Counted from the first letter of the stretch, positions 26,670-36,721 are shown. The stretch: DNA of 64,000 bases from Candidatus Bathyarchaeota archaeon (GCA_963726255.1 CAVSBL010000002.1:128001-192000), one strand, 5' to 3'. The notes: a model not told the origin generated them from the sequence alone. Made by a program: numbers and translations.

Positions 26670-29651
26670 TCAACGCTTGGTCGTGTTGTAGTCAAACTTG
26701 TCCGTAGATGTAAGCAAGTTCGACGACAACATCCACGAAGATGAGAGCGCGGTTGATACTGGTGATGGCTGGTAATCGTTCAGCCAGATTTGCATATTGA
26801 TATCGGCGCCTGAAGGGACATTCAGCAGGGCTGAGTACGGGGAATATCCGGCGAGTGATACCCCAATACCATAGCTTCCACCCGGCACCCAGACTTGGAA
26901 CGAACCATCCAGACTAAATGTTGTGTAATTCCCGGGCCTAACATCAATGATGGCTGTCAACGTGTAATTGTTTGGTTCCAAAGTTATAGCGGCCCAAGAC
27001 AAGGGGCGTGCGATATTGTAGAAGTCTGGGCCCGTGATGGTTCCAGAGATTCTTGTGGCGCGATCCAGGGACTCCGCCGTTGAAACGTTGCCCCTCGCGG
27101 GCACAAGCACTTGCAGCGGGATTGTCTGATAATAACCGTCAACCCACATCCTGACAACATACCAACGGGGCGAATCACTCCATGGATACAGAATTAATCC
27201 TCCCGGGCTCTGACCAGCACCGTCGGTCGTGTCATAGAATCCTGACCAGACAAACCTTGGGTCGCCGTAATAACGGTCGAACCCAGCCAAGATGAAGTGG
27301 GCGGTACGTGTGAGGGTTTTGTCTTCAGCGAAATTGGGTATGTAGCTTGCGTTGGCTGCCACAAAATTCCCATGGTCGTCGAATACTTCGATACGTGCTG
27401 GTGTGCCGTCCAAATGATTGATTGGTTGAGCATAAGGCTGCGTTGAGTTGATGATCGAGAGTAGGCCCTCGTCCCTGAAGTTGACAGTCAAGTCAATGAC
27501 GGGGTTCTCAATCATCCAGACCGCGGCATCGGTGTTGCTGCCCAGCACTACGTTGACATGCAGTATCTCTCTTTGAGTGTACCCGAGGGTTTGTACGACA
27601 ATGTCGTAACTATCAGTCTGCAGTCCTAGGTATGTGAGACTCACGTTTGCTAAAGCGCTCGGCTTGTCCACCAGACTCAGTTGTGTAGCATTTGCTTGAT
27701 AGACTGCGCCGTTGGATTCGATTATCATTATGTTGATCGTGGCCCCCGACCTGGTCGTGGAATTAGAATAGTCCCATGGCCTGCTCACCGGCGGAGTTTG
27801 GTCGTCGACGGAATAAATTGAAAGCAGTAGTCCACCTGCCTTGTACACGATAAGGCTCAGACTCACAACGACGTCTCCCAGCCCCATGGTTGCTTGAACG
27901 TTAGTCCTCTGGTAATAGAAATCTCGGATTCCAAGGTTGGCGAAACCAGCGAAACTTGGCGAGGAACTTACCCGAGCAATGATCTGATATGTTCCGGGCA
28001 GGAGCCCACCGTTTTGAGAGAAAAGCGATGAGATGCCGAAGCTTCGAGAGTTACTGAACCCCTGTAGCTCCACCGTGGCATTAGTTGCTCCCGCGGGTAC
28101 AAACGTCGTGTTCTGTGCTCTAAGTACACCCTGCTGATCGTACGCCGAGACAGTGAGTGTTGAATTGACCTCAAGTTGTCCTATCTCCGCTATCCTATTG
28201 AGTTGATCTGGTCCTATTGTTGAGTTCAGGTCCCTGAAGTGCACAGTCACATTGAACGTGCCAGATCGAATAAGAGGGATGGTGGAAACCGTCCTCGTCG
28301 TCTCATTACCCACATGCACATACACCTCTTCGAGCTGGATGTACGACGTAACGTAGGCATACAACAAATAATCACCGGAGGTCAGGCCGGATGTGAAACC
28401 CGCGGAATTCTGGGGGATTCGGCCATCAAACCCCAACTGATACTGAATCGCGAAAGGAAATGATGTTGCCTTATGTTGCGTCGTCAAAGCGAAACTGGAA
28501 GGCGGAGGAATCGAAGCCACAACAGACCCGTCTAGGTTGACGAGTCTCACCGATATCGATCGGTTTGTTGGACGGCTATGTCCAGAGATGTCGATACCAA
28601 AGAGTGTTCCCCAAGGGACAGGGAGTCCTGCAGCAGATGTCGACAGAACTGTTCCCGTCACGTTGACACTCTCGGTCATATAGATGTCAACGCCTTCAAG
28701 TGATTGGGCTGGGCCTACATTGACAGTGGTCGGTCTGGTTGTTGGGATATGCCCAGCTGCATAAGCGGTTATGTTGTAAGTGCCAGGGGCGACTCCGAAT
28801 ATGGTATACTGCCCTTGAGCAGTGGAGTTGACGAATGCTTGGGCTGAAACCGGTTCTCCGAGATAATCTGAGCCAGTCGCGATGATCTGAGCTCCCATTC
28901 CATTAGGTAGAGTTATCGGCTGTCCTGCCCTCGTCTTGTTGCGGTCACCTAGTTCTCTGAGTGTTCCTGAGATGTAGGCGGGGTCCCGACTTGCTTTGAC
29001 GACTATGGTCGGGAAATTTCTTGGACCGATTGATGTTCCGTTCAGGAATGCCTTGAAGAAATATCTTCCAGCTATGGATGGCGATGTCACTTGAGAGAGC
29101 CTGATATATTGTGTCTGGTTTTCGAGGAATATTCGGTTAGCTGTCATGTTGATGTTGTCCTTCGGGTAATTCAGGTCGGATGTCACTATCAGGTTGTAGA
29201 CTGTGATTTTCCACCAATTTGGCCCAATCTGGTCCCCGGATGAGAGTCTCGATAGCGAGATGCTGTGGGGGTCGTAACTGTTTGTGAAGCTAGTCCACAA
29301 ATTACCTATAGTTAGGCCCGAGAAGTCGGGCGGAATGTAGATGTTAACACTGCTATACAACGCGGCGTCGGGCACGCCTTGGATTGTGCGGCTGGAAGGG
29401 GTTGCGTTGAGCGTTACTGTGAAGAGTAGGTCTCCCACGCTGTTTGTTAGGATGCTGCTGTTCGGATAAGCCAGCTTAACTGGCCCAAAACCCGGGAATC
29501 CTGCACCCAGCCTGAGGTCGTATTTGCCGGGCGAGACCGCGATGTCGTTGCTGAAGACCTTCTCCTCGGGCATCGGGGCTAGTAAGAGACTCGACAAAGC
29601 CAAGCAGATAATGAGAACGCGGAAGCACCGAGTCCATGTGCCCGACATCAA
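26670..29651 (-). CDS. Large secreted S/T/N-rich protein with repeated carboxypeptidase-regulatory-like beta domains
   Basis: Signal peptide; recurring G-x-Y segments (GVAPGTYNITA, GLTSGDY, GLLPGTY, VPGGSY); many N-x-S/T sequons. Confidence 0.75.
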   Translation of the reverse strand: MMSGTWTRCFRVLIICLALSSLLLAPMPEEKVFSNDIAVSPGKYDLRLGAGFPGFGPVKLAYPNSSILTNSVGDLLFTVTLNATPSSRTIQGVPDAALYSSVNIYIPPDFSGLTIGNLWTSFTNSYDPHSISLSRLSSGDQIGPNWWKITVYNLIVTSDLNYPKDNINMTANRIFLENQTQYIRLSQVTSPSIAGRYFFKAFLNGTSIGPRNFPTIVVKASRDPAYISGTLRELGDRNKTRAGQPITLPNGMGAQIIATGSDYLGEPVSAQAFVNSTAQGQYTIFGVAPGTYNITAYAAGHIPTTRPTTVNVGPAQSLEGVDIYMTESVNVTGTVLSTSAAGLPVPWGTLFGIDISGHSRPTNRSISVRLVNLDGSVVASIPPPSSFALTTQHKATSFPFAIQYQLGFDGRIPQNSAGFTSGLTSGDYLLYAYVTSYIQLEEVYVHVGNETTRTVSTIPLIRSGTFNVTVHFRDLNSTIGPDQLNRIAEIGQLEVNSTLTVSAYDQQGVLRAQNTTFVPAGATNATVELQGFSNSRSFGISSLFSQNGGLLPGTYQIIARVSSSPSFAGFANLGIRDFYYQRTNVQATMGLGDVVVSLSLIVYKAGGLLLSIYSVDDQTPPVSRPWDYSNSTTRSGATINIMIIESNGAVYQANATQLSLVDKPSALANVSLTYLGLQTDSYDIVVQTLGYTQREILHVNVVLGSNTDAAVWMIENPVIDLTVNFRDEGLLSIINSTQPYAQPINHLDGTPARIEVFDDHGNFVAANASYIPNFAEDKTLTRTAHFILAGFDRYYGDPRFVWSGFYDTTDGAGQSPGGLILYPWSDSPRWYVVRMWVDGYYQTIPLQVLVPARGNVSTAESLDRATRISGTITGPDFYNIARPLSWAAITLEPNNYTLTAIIDVRPGNYTTFSLDGSFQVWVPGGSYGIGVSLAGYSPYSALLNVPSGADINMQIWLNDYQPSPVSTALSSSWMLSSNLLTSTDKFDYNTTKR

Positions 29652-29652
29652 G

Positions 29653-30066
29653 TTAGCCCGGTTTGAGTTTCGATAATTCTTCGGTCTCTAGCGATTCGGA
29701 TTCCTCGTTTAGTTCGGAGTCGCCCTTGCGAACTCGGCCGTACACAGCTGCAATGGCGAAAACAGCTGCCACAATGAGGAAGCCAGCTATGAACGAGGAA
29801 ACGGTGAAGCCAATCTCTGAAGTCGAACGTACAAGAGTGGTGGTAGCTCCGAATCCCCTGAATGTCGGTACTGGCGTTAGAATGTAAACGACATAAGCGT
29901 TGGCCGCGTTTAGGCCCCCGGCCACCAAAGCCCACAAAGTGATTTTTCTGGCTGAGGTTTTCTTTCCTGATTTCTGTAACGAGCCAATTAGGACGCCGAT
30001 GATTATGATGGGAATGATGATTGGCAGCTGAGGCATTTGGCGTGAACTCCAATGGCGGCGGGGCAA
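29653..30066 (-). CDS. Three-helix membrane protein
   Basis: Hydrophobic segments with acidic tail; abuts the downstream large gene; true start probably MPQLP. Confidence 0.65.
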   Translation of the reverse strand: MPRRHWSSRQMPQLPIIIPIIIIGVLIGSLQKSGKKTSARKITLWALVAGGLNAANAYVVYILTPVPTFRGFGATTTLVRSTSEIGFTVSSFIAGFLIVAAVFAIAAVYGRVRKGDSELNEESESLETEELSKLKPG

Positions 30067-30077
30067 AGGTGACCGTG

Positions 30078-30109
30078 TTTATATAAGGCTAACTACATCG
30101 CATAGTTAG
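30078..30109. promoter_or_regulatory. TATA box with adjacent palindromic operator upstream of the BlaI-family gene
   Basis: TTTATATAAG at 30078-30087 followed by CTAACTA-CATCGCA-TAGTTAG at 30089-30109. Confidence 0.7.
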
Positions 30110-30120
30110 GAATCAGCACG

Positions 30121-30552
30121 TTGAAATTTCACGCGGTCCGTCCCAACCATCCCAATCTCAGATTTGCTTTGGGTGATCTTGAGGCCGTCGTTCTCAGACA
30201 ACTTTGGGAATCTCACAAACCACTCTCCGTGAGAGAATCCCAATCTAGGACTGCAAGGACGCGGCCAGTTGCCGTCACGACGGTCGCAACAATCTTGGAC
30301 CGTTTGTATAGAAAGGGGGTGGTTTCGAGGCAGCTGGCGAGAGACGGTGGCCCCCACTACCTGTATACGGCCAAGGTTACCGAGGAAGAGTTCAAGCAGG
30401 CGGTCGTTAGGAACGTAATGGACGGGCTCCTCCACGGCTTTAATGAGGTCACAGTTGCTTACTTGGCTGAAAAAATGGGTGCCTCCGACGGAAGCGATTT
30501 GCATTTCGTTTCGAAATACTTGAATCGTCTGCGCAAGAAGGACAAGAAATGA
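30121..30552 (+). CDS. BlaI/MecI/CopY family transcriptional repressor
   Basis: LGDLEAVVLRQLW, TTVATILDRLYRKG, YLYTA. Confidence 0.92.
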   Translation: MKFHAVRPNHPNLRFALGDLEAVVLRQLWESHKPLSVRESQSRTARTRPVAVTTVATILDRLYRKGVVSRQLARDGGPHYLYTAKVTEEEFKQAVVRNVMDGLLHGFNEVTVAYLAEKMGASDGSDLHFVSKYLNRLRKKDKK

Positions 30553-31487
30553 TCCTTATTCTTCCGCGATACTTTTTCTTGATTAGCTGGCTGATTGCTG
30601 GTCCGCCCATACTTGCACTTCCGACCATAGGCCTACTCGCTGGCGGGGTCGCTCTGGTATTTGTTCTGCGGCGGTCGTATCGCGAGCGGACCCTTGCTTT
30701 GCTAGGAATCTTTGGGTTGATGCTGGTTGAGAGCGTGTTCGTCGTTGGGGTAACCATTCACTTCCTGTGGAGAGGCGAACCTGCGCATCTTGTGGAAAGT
30801 TCTAGAAGTTTCTTTGACCTATTTCACGCCTTGGACGTAGGGACGGTTCTGCTTGGGGCACTGGCTGCCGGATGCGCAGCAGTCTTCATCGAACTCGGAA
30901 AATCGCGCATGAGCCTTTCGAAAGCATTTCCGCAGATCACATTTCTCAATCCGCCAACTCGTCTGGAGGAGATGGTTAACCGACTGGCGACGGCGGCTGG
31001 AATTTCAGCCCCTGATGTTCGTTTGATTGATTCCGGTGCGCCTTCGGCGTTTACGGTGCGGGCTAATCGAAAATATACAGTTACGGTCTCGGTAGGTCTC
31101 CTGGAGTCTTTGGAAGATTGTGAAGTGGAAGCGTGTCTAGCTCACGAGATTGCTCACTTGAAAAATCATGATTTCACTGTAAGGTTCGCTGCGACCCTCG
31201 CGAAGGTCGCTCTATTCACCCGACCACTGAGCTACCTCCTTGAGCCTGCGGTCTACAGAGCCCGAGAATTCTTGGCAGACTTAACAGCGGTTAAATTAGT
31301 TGGGGAGCCAGACGCTTTAATCTCCGCGCTAGCCAAGCTGAAAGAGGCGAGCGACTTCGAGTTGGTAGTGCCAGGGTCCTCATGCGTGTGCAATCTAACA
31401 GGCCGAAGGGGAGTAGTTCGAATATTCGACAAGCATCCAACCTTAGAGGCTCGAATAAGCGCACTTTGGGAAATGAAACAAAAGTGA
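30549..31487 (+). CDS. Membrane zinc peptidase (M48/M56, BlaR1/HtpX-like)
   Basis: N-terminal TM helices, LAHEIAH, REFLAD, HPTLEARI; ATGA overlap with the repressor. Confidence 0.88.
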   Translation: MILILPRYFFLISWLIAGPPILALPTIGLLAGGVALVFVLRRSYRERTLALLGIFGLMLVESVFVVGVTIHFLWRGEPAHLVESSRSFFDLFHALDVGTVLLGALAAGCAAVFIELGKSRMSLSKAFPQITFLNPPTRLEEMVNRLATAAGISAPDVRLIDSGAPSAFTVRANRKYTVTVSVGLLESLEDCEVEACLAHEIAHLKNHDFTVRFAATLAKVALFTRPLSYLLEPAVYRAREFLADLTAVKLVGEPDALISALAKLKEASDFELVVPGSSCVCNLTGRRGVVRIFDKHPTLEARISALWEMKQK

Positions 31488-32443
31488 ATGCGTCCCATAC
31501 GATCCAGCCTTTGATTCTTGTCCTCCTGACCGTATGTTTATTGTCTGTGCCGATGGGTTCTGTTCAAGCTCAGAGTGTTCCACACTTGACAGTCACAGTG
31601 ACGGGACAGGCTCTGACGGCGGGATTCGACGATAATGTGACCGTTACAGTACTCAATAACTACTACAACTACCCGGCCATATACGATGTTGATGTGGCCG
31701 TTACTATCCCGGCTGGTTTGGCTATGTATGGCGGCAGTCACTGGCGCTATGATACAATGCAGTTAGGGCAGTCGGTTGCGATCAACTTTCAGGTGTACGC
31801 TCCAACAGCGGCCATTGGGGCCACCTATCAGGGTTCTGTAACTGTAACCTACAAGGCGTTAGGGGACGTATCTTACACTCAAGAGGTCCACTCGGTCAGT
31901 TTCTCTGTTTATGCCTACATCAACCTCATCCTGTATGGGGTACAGGTCACGCCTTCAACCTCAACGCCCGGCGGGAACGCTACAATCTCAGGCAACCTCT
32001 TGAACGCTGGCAACCTTGCCGTTTACGATGCAAACGTCACCGCCACCTCTGATGTCGTAGTGCCTAGCGCTATATCCAGCGCCTTCTTGGGCGAAATCGA
32101 CCCAAACATACCCAGACCATTCAGCTTAGTGGTAGTTTTCAAGGGAAACGTCGCTCCGGGAAACTACTCAATTCAAATTACGGCATCTGCAATAGACAAC
32201 GGTAGACCCGGATTTCCATACTTGGCCCAGGGAACCGCACCTATTCAACTAAGAAGACAGACTTCGATTCCGAATCAAGGGCGTGGAGGGCCTACCGGCG
32301 TACTCGGAATCCTATTAGAGATTCTCAGGTATCTTGAAGGAATATTCTTCGGCTCCACAAGCAACTTCAGCCTTCGGCACCCACTCATGCTTTCAATGGC
32401 AGATTGCGAATCGGCTATTAGTCTGTGTATTCGATCCTCTTAG
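31484..32443 (+). CDS. Secreted/surface Ig-fold protein (COG1361-like)
   Basis: GTG 31484 overlaps the previous stop; signal peptide ending VQA; two beta-sandwich-like units, LLNAGN motif. Confidence 0.7.
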   Translation: MNASHTIQPLILVLLTVCLLSVPMGSVQAQSVPHLTVTVTGQALTAGFDDNVTVTVLNNYYNYPAIYDVDVAVTIPAGLAMYGGSHWRYDTMQLGQSVAINFQVYAPTAAIGATYQGSVTVTYKALGDVSYTQEVHSVSFSVYAYINLILYGVQVTPSTSTPGGNATISGNLLNAGNLAVYDANVTATSDVVVPSAISSAFLGEIDPNIPRPFSLVVVFKGNVAPGNYSIQITASAIDNGRPGFPYLAQGTAPIQLRRQTSIPNQGRGGPTGVLGILLEILRYLEGIFFGSTSNFSLRHPLMLSMADCESAISLCIRSS

Positions 32444-32541
32444 CTGAAGGCTTTACAGTAACGGTGAACTACTGCGGTTCTCAATGATTTTCGTTAGCTG
32501 CGCCTAAGCCCTGTGCAGTCGGAAGATGATTCGCAGTGGGC

Positions 32542-33801
32542 CTATTCGTACTTTAAGGCTACGACCGCGTTCATTCGTGAAGCACGCCAGGCGGGATAAA
32601 GCCCCGCTATGGTTGCTAGTATTACCGGGAAGACTAATGAGAAAACAATGAGTCCCGTTGAGAAGACTGGAACGATGGTCATTCCACCTCCTCCACCCCC
32701 TCCGCCTCCTCCGAATGCGACGCGTCCGCCGCCTAATCCTCCGAGCATGCCTCCCATCAGGAAGGATAGCGCATAGCCTAGGGCAAGTCCGCAGAAGGCT
32801 CCAATTACTCCTGTGAGTGCAGCTTCTGCTAGGAACATGCCCATTATCTGTTTCGGTCTGTATCCTATGGCTTTCAGGATACCGATTTCCCTAGTGCGTT
32901 CCATCACTGAGACGTACATTGTATTGACTATGCCCACGGTGGCTACAAAGAGAGACACTGCTCCAATGCTGCCTAAGAACACAGTTAGCTGCCCGGTGAT
33001 TCCTTGAATACTCGACAAGATTTGCCCGGGGCTTATTACTCGAACATTGTTCGAGTAGTATGTTTCAATAGTGTTCTGGACGGTGGCAACGTCATCTGTG
33101 TTGTCAACTATGACGTATATTCCTGTGAAGTAGGGGCTTCTTGCGAGGATTTGGGCTGCCTGGAACGATATGTAGACCGTATCATCTATGTTTGCGAAGA
33201 GTGCTGACCCATATTGCGCGAGAATTCCGCTCGCGAGAACAGCATAAGAAAGAGCGCCCTTGGTACCTTTGATTCCTGTAATAGACATAGCAACCATTTG
33301 GTGAAGGCCGATCTGCGTTCCGGATGTCGGATTTGCGATCCCCCATCCAATAGCTGCAGAAGTCGTATCGCCTAGAAGCGGAATAGTTCCTTCGGCAACT
33401 GTCAGTCCCTTGTACAATAGTGGGAGGGCAGTTAGATCTATTCCAACTACGCTCGCCTGGAGTGAGGATCCGCCATTGTTGATGTTTGCCCCATAACTAT
33501 AGAAAGGGTAGGCCTCAGCTACGCCGGGTAGCGATTTGATGTAGACTACATCCTGTTGACTCAGCTGGTAAGTGTTTGTTGAACCGCTGGAGAAAAATCC
33601 TCCAGCATTTCGTACAGTGAGAACGTTCGCCCCGGTTTTCTCAATATTGCTGGCTATGCCAGCGTTGAGTCCGCTTGAGCTAGCGATCAGAGACAGAATG
33701 ATGGCTGAACCAACCGTGATTCCCAGTATCGTTAGGACACTGCGGATCTTTCTATCGAGCAGCGCCTTGTACGCTAGCTTGAACGTGTCACCAAGTCGCA
33801 T
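32542..33801 (-). CDS. MacB/FtsX-family ABC permease
   Basis: RSVLTILGITVG, SVMERTREIGILKAIG, AGLYPAWRASRM. Confidence 0.93.
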   Translation of the reverse strand: MRLGDTFKLAYKALLDRKIRSVLTILGITVGSAIILSLIASSSGLNAGIASNIEKTGANVLTVRNAGGFFSSGSTNTYQLSQQDVVYIKSLPGVAEAYPFYSYGANINNGGSSLQASVVGIDLTALPLLYKGLTVAEGTIPLLGDTTSAAIGWGIANPTSGTQIGLHQMVAMSITGIKGTKGALSYAVLASGILAQYGSALFANIDDTVYISFQAAQILARSPYFTGIYVIVDNTDDVATVQNTIETYYSNNVRVISPGQILSSIQGITGQLTVFLGSIGAVSLFVATVGIVNTMYVSVMERTREIGILKAIGYRPKQIMGMFLAEAALTGVIGAFCGLALGYALSFLMGGMLGGLGGGRVAFGGGGGGGGGGMTIVPVFSTGLIVFSLVFPVILATIAGLYPAWRASRMNAVVALKYE

Positions 33802-33806
33802 TGCTC

Positions 33807-34541
33807 TTACCTCAATGTATAATCGTCTATTCTTTGGATATATTCTTCTTTATCGACTAGGCCGTCCTTCAGGCTGATTACGCGCTGTGTCATGCTGGAA
33901 ATTTCTGAGTTGTGAGTAACGACCAGAATGGTCGTTCCGAATTCTTTGTTCACTTGGATAAACTGATTTACGACCTCACGAGTAGTCTTCGAGTCCAAAT
34001 TCCCAGTAGGTTCATCGGCTATTATCAGGGCTGGCTCTGCTATTAGGGCTCTAGCAATGGCCACGCGTTGTTGCTCTCCGCCACTCAACTCGGCTGGCCG
34101 TTTGTTGGCCTTCCCATTCAACCCGACAGCGCTTAGCATTTTTAGTGATTTGCTTCTTCGAACCCGTTCAGGTATTCCTCGAGAAATCAGTGGCATCTCG
34201 ACGTTCTCGGCTGACGTAAGCCGCTGAATCAGGTTGAAGGACTGGTAGACAAAACCCAGTTTCCGATTTCGGAGCAGGGAGAGTCTATCCTCATCCAGCT
34301 TCTTGAGGTCAACTCCGTCTATGATTACTCGGCCTGAGGTCGGGCGATCGAGGGCTCCTATTAGGTTCAGGAGGGTCGATTTGCCGCTGCCTGAGGGTCC
34401 CATGATCGCCACAAACTCCCCTCTTTCCACCTTGATGTTGATGCCCCGCAATGCCGGGTAATCAACATGGCCCACGCGGTATACCTTCGTAACATCAATA
34501 GTTTGTACCGCAGGGGCGGATCGTGAAGCCATGATCATCAA
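33807..34541 (-). CDS. LolD/MacB-family ABC ATPase
   Basis: GPSGSGKST, LSGGEQQRVAIARAL, ADEPTGNLD. Confidence 0.95.
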   Translation of the reverse strand: MMIMASRSAPAVQTIDVTKVYRVGHVDYPALRGINIKVERGEFVAIMGPSGSGKSTLLNLIGALDRPTSGRVIIDGVDLKKLDEDRLSLLRNRKLGFVYQSFNLIQRLTSAENVEMPLISRGIPERVRRSKSLKMLSAVGLNGKANKRPAELSGGEQQRVAIARALIAEPALIIADEPTGNLDSKTTREVVNQFIQVNKEFGTTILVVTHNSEISSMTQRVISLKDGLVDKEEYIQRIDDYTLR

Positions 34542-34556
34542 CTACACGCCATAGTT
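34540..34556. promoter_or_regulatory. Second copy of the putative BlaI operator
   Basis: AACTA-CACGCCA-TAGTT matches AACTA-CATCGCA-TAGTT (30091-30107) at 14/17 positions; sits at the ABC ATPase start. Confidence 0.65.
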
Positions 34557-34887
34557 TACTGTCTAGATTTACATGTTACGCTGGGGGGAGAGGTTGCAGG
34601 GCTTGGGTGTGCTCAGTTTTTCCCTCTTAGCTTCGTTGTATATGCATCGATTAGCTTTCCGAGCTTGTAAATTAGCCAAATGAACGCGACGGCTATTGCA
34701 ACTCCGATTATGCCTCGAATGAGCCCAAACAGGCCAAAACCCACTGGCATTTGTGGCATCTCTATCTCTCACCTCCAAGCTTCCGATCCAACCGGGTCTG
34801 CGCCTAGCTAAAGCGGTTGAGGATGAATCATCCATCTGCGCTATGAGATGAGGACGGGGTGTAGTTAGCTAATTCAAATGGTATGCT

Positions 34888-34989
34888 TGGTGGGGGCGCT
34901 GGGATTTGAACCCAGGACTTCGCGGTTGCGGTTTAGGCAACTCACGCGGGCCCAAGCCGCGTATCATAACCATGCTAGACTACGCCCCC
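34888..34989 (-). tRNA. tRNA-Pro(TGG) with a 45/46 intron (34919-34942)
   Basis: GGGGGCG/CGCCCCC acceptor, A+CCA, CGCGG-CTTGGGC-CCGCG; perfect BHB CGCG-TG|A-GTTGC...GCAAC-CGCG-AA|G. Confidence 0.93.
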
Positions 34990-35220
34990 GAAGAAAGTTT
35001 CGTCTAGCATAGCAGGCCGCTATTGCGCACAGCTTGAGTAAAGAAGATTTCTGGATGGCAGATTCAATAGGCATCGGAATGAAAGTTACGTTCGGGAAGA
35101 ACGTTAATGCAAAGTATGGGTTATCGCCTAGGAGGGTTAACTTGGCGAGTATGGGCCCAGCCGTGTCGCACGAAAGGCTTTTGAGCAATTGGCTCAAAAC
35201 ATACGGTTACGTGTTCTCCC

Positions 35221-35373
35221 TTGCAAGAGGTTGGTGAGTATGAGTTGATTGAAGAAGTACCAGTGGCAGAGGGTGGCGACTATGTCTATGTATGTGAAGA
35301 GTGTGGTCGTGAGTTGACCGAGATTCCGTACTACAACCGATTCTACTGCGGATATTGCGGTCTGCACTACTGA
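35221..35373 (+). CDS. 50-aa zinc-ribbon microprotein (below ORF-track cutoff)
   Basis: MQEVGEYELIEEVPVAEGGDYVYVCEECGRELTEIPYYNRFYCGYCGLHY, two CxxC pairs. Confidence 0.7.
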   Translation: MQEVGEYELIEEVPVAEGGDYVYVCEECGRELTEIPYYNRFYCGYCGLHY

Positions 35374-35527
35374 TCGGCCTGTTTTCCATCGCAAGCTTTG
35401 CTTAGGCATCGGAGATTCCGCCCGTTGCGTATTGCCTATGTTGCAGGCCAAGAGGGCGCTCTAGCACCAAATCTAATGCGCTTTAGTGGGGTTAATTTAA
35501 AACCCCAATCCTCATCATGTCGGCTGA

Positions 35528-36718
35528 GTGCCTTTCTTGGCGGCGAAGCTTGGTTTCATCACCGAGTCTGTTATCGCTGAAATGACTAGTTTGAGTGATG
35601 AATATGGGGCCATAAACCTCGCCGAAGGCATGCCAGATTTCGCAGCACCCCCAAACCTGATCGAAGCAGCAGTTGAAGCGATAAGACACGGCTCGAACCA
35701 GTATGCGAACACATGGGGCTACAAGGGCCTTAGAGAGGCAGTTGCCAACAAAGTCAAGGATTACAACGGCATTGAGGCCGATCCCGAAAAGAACGTTACA
35801 ATCACATGCGGTTCAACCGAAGCCCTCGCCGCCGCAATTTTCGGCTTAACAAATCCCGGCGATCGAATTGTGGTCCCGGACCCCTTCTATGAGAACTATG
35901 TTCCAGACGCAATCATGGCGAACTGCGAACTAACCTACGTCCCCTTCGTGGGGCGTAATCTGCTGCTCGACGAAGAGGCTCTAAAGAACGCCATGGCAAC
36001 CCATCCCAAACTCCTCGTCCTAAACACTCCCAACAACCCAACAGGAAAGGTGATGAGCATAGAGCAATTGAAACTGATTGCGGACTTATGCGAAGAAGAA
36101 AAGACAATCGCTGTTACGGACGAGATATACGAGCACATCATTTACGATGGCAAGAAACATGTAAGCCTAGCATCTTTAGGCAATATGCATGAGCGAACCG
36201 TAACTGTTAGTGGCGCATCAAAGACTTACAGTGTCACAGGATGGAGGGTTGGTTGGGCCATAGCGGAAGCAAAACTCACGAATGCCCTGCGAAAGGTTCA
36301 CGATTACTTAACCATCTGTGCCCCAACTCCGCTGCAAGAAGCTCTCGTCACCGCTCTGAACTTTTCACCCTCGTATTACGATAGACTTTCAGAAGCATAT
36401 GACAGAAAACGCAGGACGATGATGAAAATCCTCGACGAAACCGGGCTTCAATACCACAGGCCAGAGGGTGCTTACTACATTCTCGTGAACGCCCCCGACC
36501 AATTCAAGGATGGGGAACAATTCACCAATTACCTACTGAAGACTGTTGGGTTGGCCGTGTTGCCCGCGAGCGCTCTCTGCCACGACAAGGAGCTGGGCAG
36601 ACGAAAGGTTCGCTTAGCGTACTGTAAGAAAGATACGACCTTGCAAGAAGTCAAGCGGCGCATTAAGAAGCTCAGTGAAAAGCCGAAACAGAGGCTGCCA
36701 GCAAAAACAAGGGCATAA
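35528..36718 (+). CDS. PLP-dependent aminotransferase class I/II
   Basis: AINLAEGMPDF, NTPNNPTG, DEIYEH, SKTYSVTGWRVG. Confidence 0.95.
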   Translation: MPFLAAKLGFITESVIAEMTSLSDEYGAINLAEGMPDFAAPPNLIEAAVEAIRHGSNQYANTWGYKGLREAVANKVKDYNGIEADPEKNVTITCGSTEALAAAIFGLTNPGDRIVVPDPFYENYVPDAIMANCELTYVPFVGRNLLLDEEALKNAMATHPKLLVLNTPNNPTGKVMSIEQLKLIADLCEEEKTIAVTDEIYEHIIYDGKKHVSLASLGNMHERTVTVSGASKTYSVTGWRVGWAIAEAKLTNALRKVHDYLTICAPTPLQEALVTALNFSPSYYDRLSEAYDRKRRTMMKILDETGLQYHRPEGAYYILVNAPDQFKDGEQFTNYLLKTVGLAVLPASALCHDKELGRRKVRLAYCKKDTTLQEVKRRIKKLSEKPKQRLPAKTRA

Positions 36719-36721
36719 TCA

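Noticed and set aside
32680-32745. CCT/CCG-rich low-complexity tract
   Set aside because: Encodes a poly-Gly loop of the ABC permease
34569-34835. 88-aa minus-strand ORF upstream of the ABC ATPase
   Set aside because: No motif in the listed frame; a gene may exist here but I could not support a call
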